From contig CAZBLF010000007.1 of NCBI GenBank assembly GCA_964492935.1, forward strand, positions 1 through 40,816: DNA of 40,816 nt. Reading direction: 5' to 3'. A program made the position numbers and the translations under genes. Position 1 is the stretch's first letter. Each line of letters begins with the position of its first letter. The notes beneath the pieces were generated by a model that did no database searches, was not told the DNA's origin, and worked only from the letters and a program-made list of their open reading frames with translations. Below, piece after piece: positions 7,846 through 17,787 of this stretch. The stretch is from an uncultured Methanosarcinales archaeon (GTDB taxonomy: Archaea > Nanobdellota > Nanobdellia > Woesearchaeales > JACPBV01).

Positions 7846-8196
7846 CGTTTTTACGCCTTCTTTTGTTAATGCTACTAATCTTATTCCCATTCCTAGTTTT
7901 AGAACGGCATCTAGGATGGCCATGTGTTCTCGGCCGGATCCTGAGACCAAATTTAATCCCACTTCGAAGTCCTTTGTTTTTCCATTTAATGAATGATGGA
8001 TGTGAGCGGCCATGTCGGTGATGGTTTTGGTGGTATCTACGGTAATGATTTCTGCGTTGTTTGGTTTCTTGAATTGACCTTCAAATTCTTCTGGTACTAT
8101 TAAGAAGATGTTGTCCCACTCCATGCCTTCGATGACTTTCATGACGTGGGCTGCGGTTCCTTTTCCACTGGAGAAAGATGCTATGAGATCGGTCAT
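7840..8196 (-). CDS. Hypothetical alpha/beta protein, possibly CARF-like Rossmann fold
   Basis: Compact 118-aa ORF with own TATA; LNLVSGSGREHMA resembles the CARF (D/N)xTGGxK loop. Confidence 0.6.
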   Translation of the reverse strand: MTDLIASFSSGKGTAAHVMKVIEGMEWDNIFLIVPEEFEGQFKKPNNAEIITVDTTKTITDMAAHIHHSLNGKTKDFEVGLNLVSGSGREHMAILDAVLKLGMGIRLVALTKEGVKTL

Positions 8197-8271
8197 GGTT
8201 ATTAGAAAGGATGGTGGTATTTATAGTTTGTTGGGGTGAAGTTATATAAATTGTTGGAGATTTGCTAACGG

Positions 8272-8940
8272 ATGGTAAAAGGGTTAGAAAAGTATGACTT
8301 TCCTTCTTGGTTTTTGGACTTTCTTAAGGGGAAGGGTATTGAAAAGCTGAATCCGGCTCAGAAGAAGTCTTTGAAAGCTGGTTTGTTAGAGGGGAATCAT
8401 ATCTTGACGTGTACGCCTACTGGTTCAGGTAAGACTGCGATTGCTTTGCTTGCGATGGTGAAGCAGTTGGTGGAGAATAAGGGTAAGGTTGTTTATTTGG
8501 TACCGTTAAGAGCATTGGCTTCTGAAAAGTTTAAGGATATGGAAAAGTTGTTTGAGAAAAGTAAATATTCTGTTGGTATGTCGACTGGTGATTTAGATAG
8601 TACTTCGAAATATCTCGATAGGCATGATGTGTTGATTCTTACTATCGAGAAGATGGATAGCTTGCTGCGGCATCATTGTTCTTGGATTAAAGATGTTCGA
8701 TGTGTGGTTATTGATGAGATTCACTTATTGAATGATGTTTCACGTGGTCCGACTTTGGAGATTTTAATTACGTTATTGAAGCAAATTAATTCTAAGATGC
8801 AGTTGGTTGGGTTATCGGCTACGATTGGTAATCCTTCTGAACTTGCTGAATGGTTGGGTGCAGAGCTGGTGATTGATGATTGGAGACCGGTGAAATTGCA
8901 CAAGGGCATTTATTTCGAAGGAGAAGTTGAGTTTGTTTAG
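8272..8940 (+). CDS. Ski2/Hel308-like SF2 helicase, N-terminal RecA domain only
   Basis: LNPAQ (Q motif), PTGSGKT, PLRALASEK, DEIH, LSAT; ends after WRPVKL, no motifs IV-VI. Confidence 0.85.
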   Translation: MVKGLEKYDFPSWFLDFLKGKGIEKLNPAQKKSLKAGLLEGNHILTCTPTGSGKTAIALLAMVKQLVENKGKVVYLVPLRALASEKFKDMEKLFEKSKYSVGMSTGDLDSTSKYLDRHDVLILTIEKMDSLLRHHCSWIKDVRCVVIDEIHLLNDVSRGPTLEILITLLKQINSKMQLVGLSATIGNPSELAEWLGAELVIDDWRPVKLHKGIYFEGEVEFV

Positions 8941-8977
8941 AGTGTTCTCTATAAGGTGAGATTTTTATAATAATAGA

Positions 8978-9535
8978 TTACTCTTTACTTCTTAATGTTC
9001 TTATAATGTGATCCAAGTATAACTTTTTCTTCTTGCTAGCTCTTCCTTCTAACTCTATACTCTCTAAGCGCCTACACACATCTTCAAGCACATCTCCTGG
9101 GATATCCATCCGATCGAGAACATTCTTTAAATTTTCAAGGTTAAACTTTAAATGAGGTGTGATCTGATCATCACTGTTCTCTTTATATACGGGACCATCC
9201 TCGTGAGAAACCACTGTCTCAAAAAAAGCAATAAGACCTCCTACAAACTTGCCAGACTTCTCAAAATCCGTAAATAATGATCTCTTACCATTACCTATAA
9301 CAAAAGAAGCTTTCAACCAGTTGCCCATAAAAGAATACTCATAGCCTGCAAAACCCCTTCCAGAAACCTTAGATCTATCAATTCTATTCAAAGAAGCTAC
9401 AATCTCGGAGTACGATCTTTCGTAACCATTCTTAAACGCTTCAAAATGATCTTTTCTTTTCCTTTTCCACGCATCGTCAAACCAATCTTCAAAGGCATGT
9501 TCAGCTGCAGACTAATCTTTCATTTTCTTGAACAT
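8978..9535 (-). pseudogene. Orphan gene with in-frame TAG at codon 8
   Basis: TATA then ATG 9535 MFKKMKD-TAG(9512-9514)-SAAEHAFEDWF..., in frame with the listed ORF 8978-9391. Confidence 0.55.
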
Positions 9536-9637
9536 GGGTGTACTTTAACTTTTAAGTATATAAAACTTTTGATTAAAAAGAATTACCAAATAGCGAACCT
9601 AAGCAAGTTATTCTCTCCTTGATATTGGGTCAGGTAG

Positions 9638-11848
9638 CTACTCGTCCTTTTCGTTTTCTATTTTCTCGGTGAATTTGCACTTGGGATACTTAGAGCAGCC
9701 TAGAAATGAGCCATAGATGGATTTTCTCAAGACTAGCTTACCATCGTCGCACTTTTCGCACTTTCTTTCTACTTTTCCGGACTCGATGTCTTGGGCTTCT
9801 TTTCCGGCTTCGCCTTCTATTGCTTTTGATTTGCAGTCTTTATTGATACAGAATTCTTGCGGGCGTTTCTTTTTCATGATTTTAAGGATTAAGGGATATT
9901 CGCAATGTTCACATTTTTTGCCGGCTGGTTTTAAGAGTGCTCCACGGGGTAATGAGATAGTTGTTTTGCACTTGGGATAGCCGTTGCAGGCGACGAAGGC
10001 TCCGTATTTGCCGCGTCTAATCCGTAGTTTTCCTTTTTTGCAGTTGATGCAGTCGCCTAAGGTGGTTAGTTTGTCTCTTGTTTCGACTTCGGCTGCCATC
10101 AATTCCTTTCCGATGTCTTTTTCGCTCTTTTTGAAGTTGGTTACTATTTTTTTGATGTGAGATTCTGCATCATCTAGGATGGTTTCTGGTTTTACCTTGT
10201 CACTCGAAATTTGCTCCATTTCCTCTTCGAATTTTTTTGTTAGGGCTTCATCTACAATCTCGGGAGCGTATTTTTCTAGCGTATTCATGGTTCTGATTCC
10301 TAATTCGGTTGCTTCAATAGCCTTGCCGGTGACATAGCCTCTCTGAAAAAGAGTGTCTACTATGGATGATCGTGTTGCTTTCGTTCCTAGGCCTCGCTTT
10401 TCTAGCTCTTTGATGATGGAAGCAGGAGTATAGCGTTTGGGAGGTTGCGTTTCCTTCGCTAGTTGGTTAATTTCTTTTATTTTTACTTTGTCTTCTTTTT
10501 TGACTTCGGGTAATTCTACTTCTTCAATTTTGACATAGGCGCCATAGTAGAGGTGCCATCCTTTCTCTACCGTTCTCGTACCTTTCGCGTTAAAGTTTTC
10601 ATCTGCTACGGTTACGGTGATGATGTTTGTTTCTCTTTTTGCAGGTTCGCCGAAGGTAGCCATGAATCTTCTTGCTATTAGATCGTAAACGCGGCCTTCA
10701 CGTCCTCCGACATTTGGTAATAATCCGGTGGGATAGATAGCGGGATGGGCTGGATCGGTTTTCTTGCCGTTGTTGGGTTTTAAATCGGTTAACATCAGTT
10801 TTTTTGTTAGTGGTGCGTATGCAGGCTGATTTCCGAGAAGTGAGAGAATTTTTGAGAATCCGATTTTGGGTGTTAGTTGTTGAGATGAAGTACGTGGATA
10901 GGAAATGAAACCGGAAGAATAGAGTTCTTGTGCTATGGCTAGCGTGTCTTTCGGTTGGATGCCGAAACATCGGTAGGATTCTGTTTGCAATGTGGTTAAG
11001 TCGAAAGGTGTTGGCGGTGATTGGTTGAATTGTTTCTTTTTGAGGTCGCTTACGGTGCCTTCAGTCTTATTTGCGACTTTTTCCATTACCGCATCTGCTT
11101 TTGGTTTGTCCCAGAATTTATCTTCTTGATGCCATGCTTCAATAGCGCCTTTGTTGACGTTTCCTAGTAATTGGATTTGCCAGAAGGGATCGGGTTTGAA
11201 GGCTTTGATTTCTTTTTCTCGGTCGACTACTATTTTTAGGGCAGGTCCTTGGACTCGTCCGGTTGACATTAATTTAAAGGAGCCTGTTGATTTTACTGCG
11301 TGGGTTAAGGCTCTGCTGAAGTTTATTCCATGGTACCAATCTAGTTTGTGTCTGGTTTCTCCAGCTTTGGCTTGGCCCCAGTTAAGGTGATTGGTTTTAT
11401 GTTCGTAGGCTTCGATGAGGTCTTCTTTGAGTAACGTAGAGAATTTCATTCGATTGGCATCTTCTTTCTTGCATGCGTATCTGATGACGTTTAATCCTAT
11501 TACTTCGCCTTCGACATCATAATCTGTTGCTATGGTGAATTCATCTGCGCCTTTTGCTAGTTTTCTTAGGGTTGCGAGATATTTTTTGGTGAAGGCGGCT
11601 CCTTTTCTGGATAGGTGTGATGCTTGCCATTCGATATTGAAGACGGGGAACTCTCCTTTCTTTCCTTCGGTTTGAGCTAGACCGTAGAGATGGCCAACTG
11701 CGCACGCTACGATGATGTCTCTTTTTCCATGAGTAATGTTGTAATAGGGTACGCCTTGGTTGTTTTCTTTGATTGCTTTTCCATCGGCTAGCGCATCGGC
11801 TACTTTCATTGCTGCCTGTGGTTTTTCGCAGATGATTAATTCGTACAT
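9638..11848 (-). CDS. topA: DNA topoisomerase type IA with C-terminal Zn ribbons
   Basis: CEKP Toprim, ATDYDVEGE, STGRVQ, ISYPRT catalytic Tyr, GLGTKATR, C4 ribbons. Confidence 0.96.
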   Translation of the reverse strand: MYELIICEKPQAAMKVADALADGKAIKENNQGVPYYNITHGKRDIIVACAVGHLYGLAQTEGKKGEFPVFNIEWQASHLSRKGAAFTKKYLATLRKLAKGADEFTIATDYDVEGEVIGLNVIRYACKKEDANRMKFSTLLKEDLIEAYEHKTNHLNWGQAKAGETRHKLDWYHGINFSRALTHAVKSTGSFKLMSTGRVQGPALKIVVDREKEIKAFKPDPFWQIQLLGNVNKGAIEAWHQEDKFWDKPKADAVMEKVANKTEGTVSDLKKKQFNQSPPTPFDLTTLQTESYRCFGIQPKDTLAIAQELYSSGFISYPRTSSQQLTPKIGFSKILSLLGNQPAYAPLTKKLMLTDLKPNNGKKTDPAHPAIYPTGLLPNVGGREGRVYDLIARRFMATFGEPAKRETNIITVTVADENFNAKGTRTVEKGWHLYYGAYVKIEEVELPEVKKEDKVKIKEINQLAKETQPPKRYTPASIIKELEKRGLGTKATRSSIVDTLFQRGYVTGKAIEATELGIRTMNTLEKYAPEIVDEALTKKFEEEMEQISSDKVKPETILDDAESHIKKIVTNFKKSEKDIGKELMAAEVETRDKLTTLGDCINCKKGKLRIRRGKYGAFVACNGYPKCKTTISLPRGALLKPAGKKCEHCEYPLILKIMKKKRPQEFCINKDCKSKAIEGEAGKEAQDIESGKVERKCEKCDDGKLVLRKSIYGSFLGCSKYPKCKFTEKIENEKDE

Positions 11849-11915
11849 GAGGTTGAGTAAACTAATGATGTATTAAAAACATTTTGGAATATTACTCCAG
11901 AGAGAATTGAATTAA

Positions 11916-13169
11916 TTATATACTCATCAACGCGGCCATAGCACCTGTTGCTCGATCTGTGGGATTCTTCGCATTAAGTGCATTGTATGCACCTACCGTG
12001 ATACTTCCTAACCTAAGGCATTCCCCCACTAAATCTGTGTTTGAGGCTCTCCTTTTTCTAGGGCTTCTCCCTTTTGATGATCCAGAAACGGAATACACTC
12101 TCTGCGAGGGAGGATAACTCCCGAATTCCTTTTTGTAAGCTTCTCTCTTCTCTGCCCACCTCTTTCTTCCGACTACTTTCAGTTCAGCTGCAACCTCGCT
12201 CCCTGTTTTCTCCGAATGCGTTCCTGCATTAGCCCTGTGGCCCCCTTCTATCACTCCGAGTGCCCACTGCGACACATTATATGCTTGTTTCAATGGGATT
12301 TCTACTGCTTCAGGACTCATACCCTTGTTTGGATCTTGAGGATTGTAGAATGAGTAGAACAATTTCTTCGCGTCAACTTGCTTTCGATTGGATGGATTAA
12401 TGATGTAACCCTTTTGGTTTATTGGATGATTCAGTATCCTTATGAGCGGTTCCTTCTTTTTCTGCGCATCCTTCAACAGGTTCAAAAAATCTGCAAGGTG
12501 TGTTTCCTGAGATTCTGCTTCGTCCTTACAGTGTTGATGTAGTTGTTCAAATCCAGTTCTAAATTTTTGTATTGTCCAGGAACGAAATAGTGAATGGTAT
12601 ATTGATTTGATAAAGCCTCCCTCGCGCCATCCCCGGATATATTTTCTTTCGCCTTCGAGGTAATGCTGCTTCTCCTCTATGAGTGTTCGAATCATTTTAT
12701 TTATCCTCATCAAGCTGTCAAAATACTCAATGGATTCTTCTGGCTGGATGGTTTTCGAATGATATGAGGTGTGTCTTCCATTGAGTACTATCTGGGCTAG
12801 TTCTTCCTCACTTGCATTTCTAGGGATATTATACTCCCAATCAAATAGGGTGTTTTCTGTATCCACTATCGAATACGTTGCAGCGGCAACGATTTTTGAT
12901 GCCCACTTAAGAATTCTCTCCTCGTGCTTGATTTGGACTTCTATATAATGCAAAATGCCTTTTTGTTCTCCTTCTCTTTTTTTGTCATCTTGAGTCTGGT
13001 TTTTATTCTGCACCGTTTGCGTTCCTTCCAATAGCTGAGCAAATAGTTCAGATTTACGCTCCCTAATCTTTGAGATGAGGGCTGCAAATTTTTTGAAGTT
13101 TCTTTCCTCTTCCCTTATGTCTCGCCTGCAAGTCTCAGAAATTCTTTCATACCTTTCGTCAACGTTCAT
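11916..13169 (-). CDS. Hypothetical coiled-coil-rich orphan protein
   Basis: 417-aa ORF with own TATA; no recognised motif. Confidence 0.7.
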   Translation of the reverse strand: MNVDERYERISETCRRDIREEERNFKKFAALISKIRERKSELFAQLLEGTQTVQNKNQTQDDKKREGEQKGILHYIEVQIKHEERILKWASKIVAAATYSIVDTENTLFDWEYNIPRNASEEELAQIVLNGRHTSYHSKTIQPEESIEYFDSLMRINKMIRTLIEEKQHYLEGERKYIRGWREGGFIKSIYHSLFRSWTIQKFRTGFEQLHQHCKDEAESQETHLADFLNLLKDAQKKKEPLIRILNHPINQKGYIINPSNRKQVDAKKLFYSFYNPQDPNKGMSPEAVEIPLKQAYNVSQWALGVIEGGHRANAGTHSEKTGSEVAAELKVVGRKRWAEKREAYKKEFGSYPPSQRVYSVSGSSKGRSPRKRRASNTDLVGECLRLGSITVGAYNALNAKNPTDRATGAMAALMSI

Positions 13170-13378
13170 GATAATAACTTGACTTGAAATTATATAAATC
13201 TTTGGATTTAGAATGCGTCGCCAGAAACTTTTTTCGCTGCGTTTTGAATTGGGATGTTAAGGAGTACCTTGATTTGTAAATAACCTTCGGTTATTGAGCA
13301 TAGGTGTCTAGAGGTAGGATATACTAGGGGAGACAAATCTTTATAAATTGATACTGGGTCCTGAAGGGTGGGGAAAGC

Positions 13379-15253
13379 ATGCAGAAACCAGAGACTCACT
13401 TTCTAGGTATGATCAAATCGCCAGCTGATTTGAAGGTGTTAACTAGTAGTCAGCGGAAGATGCTGGCACGTGAAATTAGGTATACTATTCTGTCTACGGT
13501 TGCTGCCACGGGAGGGCATTTAGCTAGTCCCTTAGGTGTTGTGGAATTGACTATTGCATTGCACACTGCGTTTGATGCGCCTTCCGATAAGATTATTTTT
13601 GATGTGGGGAATCAGGGGTATGCGCACAAGTTGTTGACGGGTCGTGTTGAGAAGTTTAGCACGTTGCGGCAGCTGAATGGGTTGAGTGGATTTTTAAAGC
13701 GATCTGAAAGTGAATATGATGTGTTTGATGCTGGTCATTCTTCAACTTCAATTAGTGCTGGCATCGGTATTGCGAAGGCTCGTGACTTGTTAGGTGAATC
13801 GTATAGTGTGATTCCTGTTATAGGCGATGGTGCGATGACTGCTGGCTTGGCATTTGAGGGTTTGAATCATGCTGGCTATTTGAAAAGTAACATGATTGTG
13901 ATATTGAATGATAATAATATGTCTATTTCGCCAAATGTGGGTGCATTGAAGGGGTATCTCAACAAAATGGTGACGCATCCTAGCTATACGCGGACACGTA
14001 GTAAGATTTTGCGCTTTTTATCGGGGTTTAGTGATAGTGCAGCTTCGGGAGCGGCAGAATTGGAGCGTTCTCTTCATTCGGTTACCGGACCGGGGATGTT
14101 GTTTAAGGAGCTCGGTTACCGGTACTTTGGTCCGGTAGATGGACATGATATGGATGCGATGATTCGGTTGTTCAAGAACATTAAGGAATTGGATGGTCCT
14201 ATTCTGATTCACATTCGCACGAAAAAAGGATTGGGATATAAGCCTGCGTTTTCGGATGCGGAAAAGTTTCATGGTGCTAAGCCTTTTGACTTGGTGACGG
14301 GCGAGGCGTTTTCGGGTTCGACTGTATCGGACGCGATGACGTATAGCGGAGCGATGGTGGAGACGTTGATTTCATTGGCAAAGGATGATGAACGTATTTG
14401 TGCTATTACGGCAGCGATGGGGCCGGGAACGGGTTTGAATGCATTTCAGAAAGCGTATCCGGACCGGTTCTTTGATGTAGGGATTGCTGAGCAGCATGCA
14501 GCTACGTTTGCTGGTGGTTTGGCGGTTGCTGGGATGAAGCCTTTAGTTGGTTTGTATAGTACGTTTTTGCAACGTGCTTATGATTCAGTTCTTCATGATT
14601 GTTGTTTGATGAATTTGCCGGTGGTGTTTGCTATTGATCGGGCTGGATTGACGGGCGAGGATGGTGCTACGCATCATGGCGCGTATGATGTTTCGTTTTT
14701 GCGTTCGATTCCTAATTTGACGTTGATGTCTCCTAAGGATGAGGATGAAACTGCTCGGATGTTAAAGACGGCTTTTGATTTGAATAGTCCTTGTGTGATT
14801 CGCTATCCTAAAGGTTCGGGAACGGGAGTAGGGATAACTGCTCCTTTGGTTGCTCTCGAGGTAGGTAAGGCTGAGGTGGTTCGAGAGGGCAAGGATGTGT
14901 TGATTATTGCTTTTGGTCCGATTGTTCAGGATGCTTTGAAGGCTGCTGAATCGGTTGCTAAAAAAGTGAGCTGTTGTGTGGTGAATGCTCGTTTTGCTAA
15001 GCCTCTTGATGAAGCGTTGATTGTTAAACTAGCTCGGAAATGTAAGAGGGTGGTGACGGTTGAGGAGAATGCTTTGGCTGGCGGGTTTGGAAGTGCGGTG
15101 TTGGAAGTGTTACAATTACATGGTGTTGTTGTTCCGGTGCGGATGATTGGTATTGGCGATGAGTTTGTGGATCACGGAACGAAGAAACAGTTAAATAGCA
15201 TGCATGGCATTGATGTTGATGGGATTAAGAAGGTTGTGTTGGGGATGAAATGA
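13379..15253 (+). CDS. dxs: 1-deoxy-D-xylulose-5-phosphate synthase
   Basis: GGHLAS, GHSSTSISA, GDGAMTAG...LNDNNMSI TPP motif, GPVDGH, DVGIAEQH, YSTFLQRAYD. Confidence 0.96.
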   Translation: MQKPETHFLGMIKSPADLKVLTSSQRKMLAREIRYTILSTVAATGGHLASPLGVVELTIALHTAFDAPSDKIIFDVGNQGYAHKLLTGRVEKFSTLRQLNGLSGFLKRSESEYDVFDAGHSSTSISAGIGIAKARDLLGESYSVIPVIGDGAMTAGLAFEGLNHAGYLKSNMIVILNDNNMSISPNVGALKGYLNKMVTHPSYTRTRSKILRFLSGFSDSAASGAAELERSLHSVTGPGMLFKELGYRYFGPVDGHDMDAMIRLFKNIKELDGPILIHIRTKKGLGYKPAFSDAEKFHGAKPFDLVTGEAFSGSTVSDAMTYSGAMVETLISLAKDDERICAITAAMGPGTGLNAFQKAYPDRFFDVGIAEQHAATFAGGLAVAGMKPLVGLYSTFLQRAYDSVLHDCCLMNLPVVFAIDRAGLTGEDGATHHGAYDVSFLRSIPNLTLMSPKDEDETARMLKTAFDLNSPCVIRYPKGSGTGVGITAPLVALEVGKAEVVREGKDVLIIAFGPIVQDALKAAESVAKKVSCCVVNARFAKPLDEALIVKLARKCKRVVTVEENALAGGFGSAVLEVLQLHGVVVPVRMIGIGDEFVDHGTKKQLNSMHGIDVDGIKKVVLGMK

Positions 15254-16395
15254 AATCGATAAGCATTCTTGGGAGTACGGGTAGCATAGGAGTTCAGACA
15301 TTAGATGTTGTTACAGCGTTCCCGGACCGTTTTAGGGTTGTGGGATTGACGTGTGGCAAGAATGTTGCTTTGTTGAAGGAGCAGATTGCTGCATTTAAGC
15401 CTGAATTTGTTGCGGTTGCCGACAAGGAGGCTGCCGATTCTTTGAAGGTTGACATTCCGGTGTATTCTGGTAGGGATGGTCTTGACAGGGTGGCTGCTTT
15501 AGAGTCTGCGGATACTGTGGTTAATGCTTTGGTTGGTAGTTCTGGGGTAAAGCCGACGTTAACTGCGATTAACGCTGGCAAGAACATTGCATTGGCGAAT
15601 AAGGAGACTCTTGTTGCGGCTGGTCAGCTGGTGATGGACGCGGTTACTAAGAACGGTGTTACCTTAATGCCGATTGATTCTGAACATAGTGCAATCTTTC
15701 AATGTCTGAATGGTGAAAAGATGGATGCGGTTTCGAAGATTACTCTTACTTGTTCTGGTGGTCCGTTTAAACACAAAAGTTTGGATGAACTGAAAGTGGT
15801 AACTAAGGTAGATGCATTGGCGCATCCTACGTGGAAGATGGGGGATAAGATTACCATAGATAGTGCTACACTCATGAACAAGGGTTTTGAGGTGATTGAG
15901 GCGCACTGGTTGTATGGGGTTGATTATTCTAAAATTGAGGTTGTTATTCATCCACAAAGTATTATCCATTCTCTTGTTGAATTTAACGATAAATCAGTTA
16001 TGGCGCAATTAGGTGTTGCTGATATGCGGATTCCTATTCAGTATGCTTTGTCATATCCTTCTCGTATTAAGAATGATTCGTTGAGTGGTTTGGATTTAAT
16101 TAAGCAGAAGGAGTTGACGTTTGCTGCTCCCGATCTTGCTCGGTTTCCTTGTTTGCGGTTTGCGTATGATGCTGGTAAACTGGGTGGTAGCATGCCTTGT
16201 GTTTTGAATGCAGCAAATGAGGTTGCGGTTGCTTCTTTTCTTTCAGGAGAATTATCTTTTCTTGCTATTGCTGCGTTAATCAAACAGATGATGGATGGAC
16301 ATACGCTGGTGAAGAATCCTTCTGTTGAGGATATTCTTTCTGTTGATAAAAGGGTTAAAGAGGAAACTCAGAAGTTTATTGATGAGTTGGATTGA
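15250..16395 (+). CDS. dxr: DXP reductoisomerase
   Basis: LGSTGSIG, LANKE, PIDSEH, HPTWKMG, MNKGFEVIEA; ATGA overlap with dxs. Confidence 0.97.
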   Translation: MKSISILGSTGSIGVQTLDVVTAFPDRFRVVGLTCGKNVALLKEQIAAFKPEFVAVADKEAADSLKVDIPVYSGRDGLDRVAALESADTVVNALVGSSGVKPTLTAINAGKNIALANKETLVAAGQLVMDAVTKNGVTLMPIDSEHSAIFQCLNGEKMDAVSKITLTCSGGPFKHKSLDELKVVTKVDALAHPTWKMGDKITIDSATLMNKGFEVIEAHWLYGVDYSKIEVVIHPQSIIHSLVEFNDKSVMAQLGVADMRIPIQYALSYPSRIKNDSLSGLDLIKQKELTFAAPDLARFPCLRFAYDAGKLGGSMPCVLNAANEVAVASFLSGELSFLAIAALIKQMMDGHTLVKNPSVEDILSVDKRVKEETQKFIDELD

Positions 16396-16460
16396 TTACT
16401 CATTGTTGATGAAATCTTGGAGATTGATGAGAAGATAAAATCTGTTGATGAGTAATACTT

Positions 16461-17669
16461 CTAAGCAACCGCGCTTTTTGCTTCTTTGATTGCTAATTCA
16501 GGGGTTGCTAGGTCTAATGTTCTTTCAAATGTTTCTTTCCAAGTAATTAATTTATTTTCGAGACTGCTTGCAATAAAATTGCGTATGTGTACTTTCCCTA
16601 TCATAGCTAGGGTCGTTGTTATGTCCGCTATTACAGAGTTCAGAACGGTACGGTATTTATCTACTGTTCTTCTCGCGCGTGCTAGGTTACTTTTGTCAGG
16701 GGCTTCTACATAGTCGATTGCATCGCGAAGATTACGTTGAAGTGACTCAGCTTCAGGTATGGGTTCTTGAGTGATGCCATTGGTAAGATATTTCTCCGCT
16801 AAAATATTGACCATTTTTTTCTTCTCTCTTTGAAGGGTTCCGGTCTCGTCCTTGATTTGGCTAAAAATTATTTCAAGGGCTCTAATCTTGGAGGTCTTGG
16901 AGATGTACTTGTGTGCTCCTTCTGATTGAATTATGGCATTGAACTTATCTGCGACTTCGATGATTCTTCCCCATTTTGGAAGCTTTGCTCTTTTTCCAGA
17001 TATGAAATATTCTGGATGGTGTGCCGTTGCAAATTCGATAATTTGTTTCGCTTCTACCTCACTCCAGTTCTTTCCTAGTTCGCTTTTCAGGAGTACCTCT
17101 CCGAGTATTCTCCCCGTTGCATGCTGATGGTGCTTAAAATAGGCGTAATAAGGTATGCAATAGAAATCAAACAGGTCTTGTTTTTTTAACCATCTCTTCA
17201 TGTCTTCAATAAAGAGTCTTCTTTTTCCGGAGGGGCACTTATCTGCTTTTGCTTCAATGAATTGTTCAACTGTAATTCTATTGCGAATGGTATTCATGTC
17301 AGGAACTGGCTCTGTAGGACGGGCCTTTTTCCATGCAGCTATCTGCTCTTCCGCAGACATGTCTAGGATTACTGCGTGGATATCTAGCTTTCCTAGGTCG
17401 TGGAAAAATGCTGCTAATTCTAATGCCTCGAGTTCTCTCCCTACTAAGCCCATCTTTTTTGCTATGTATGAGGTGTCATACGCTACAAGGAGATTATGTT
17501 TTAGAGTGCGAGAATGGTGGCGTTTTAGCTCTAGAATTGTGTCGTGAATGTCGTGCTGTAGTTCGACCGCTTCCCTCACAATCCTCCGTTTGAAGGATTC
17601 AAATTTAGGCTTCTCTGTTGCTAGACCGTGAAATTCGAGATCGTCTAGGGCATTGATTATCTTGTTCAT
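16461..17669 (-). CDS. HD-domain phosphohydrolase, HD-GYP-like without GYP motif
   Basis: AAFFHDLGK, KHH, AHHPE, IIEVADKFNA. Confidence 0.75.
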   Translation of the reverse strand: MNKIINALDDLEFHGLATEKPKFESFKRRIVREAVELQHDIHDTILELKRHHSRTLKHNLLVAYDTSYIAKKMGLVGRELEALELAAFFHDLGKLDIHAVILDMSAEEQIAAWKKARPTEPVPDMNTIRNRITVEQFIEAKADKCPSGKRRLFIEDMKRWLKKQDLFDFYCIPYYAYFKHHQHATGRILGEVLLKSELGKNWSEVEAKQIIEFATAHHPEYFISGKRAKLPKWGRIIEVADKFNAIIQSEGAHKYISKTSKIRALEIIFSQIKDETGTLQREKKKMVNILAEKYLTNGITQEPIPEAESLQRNLRDAIDYVEAPDKSNLARARRTVDKYRTVLNSVIADITTTLAMIGKVHIRNFIASSLENKLITWKETFERTLDLATPELAIKEAKSAVA

Positions 17670-17760
17670 GTTGAGTTCTAGGTTGTTAACCTATATAACT
17701 TTTTCTTTTATTTACTTTCTATATTGAAAAGAATTAAGCGATAGGTTTATATACTAGAGG

Positions 17761-17787
17761 CATTACTAGAGCATTACAATGGTAATG
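17761..17787. promoter_or_regulatory. Putative RHH operator: three CATTAC boxes over the hisS start
   Basis: CATTAC 17761-17766, CATTAC 17772-17777, GTAATG 17782-17787; TATA TTTATATA 17746-17753. Confidence 0.5.

Noticed and set aside
9512..9514. Genome-wide TAG reassignment or pyrrolysine
   Set aside because: TAG terminates conserved genes (cysE, nnrD, topA, tfe); no pyl genes seen.
13170..13378. ncRNA in the spacer before dxs (AATAAC-CTTCG-GTTATT hairpin) and ORF 13208-13399
   Set aside because: One weak AT-rich hairpin without further structure; the ORF overlaps the dxs promoter antisense.
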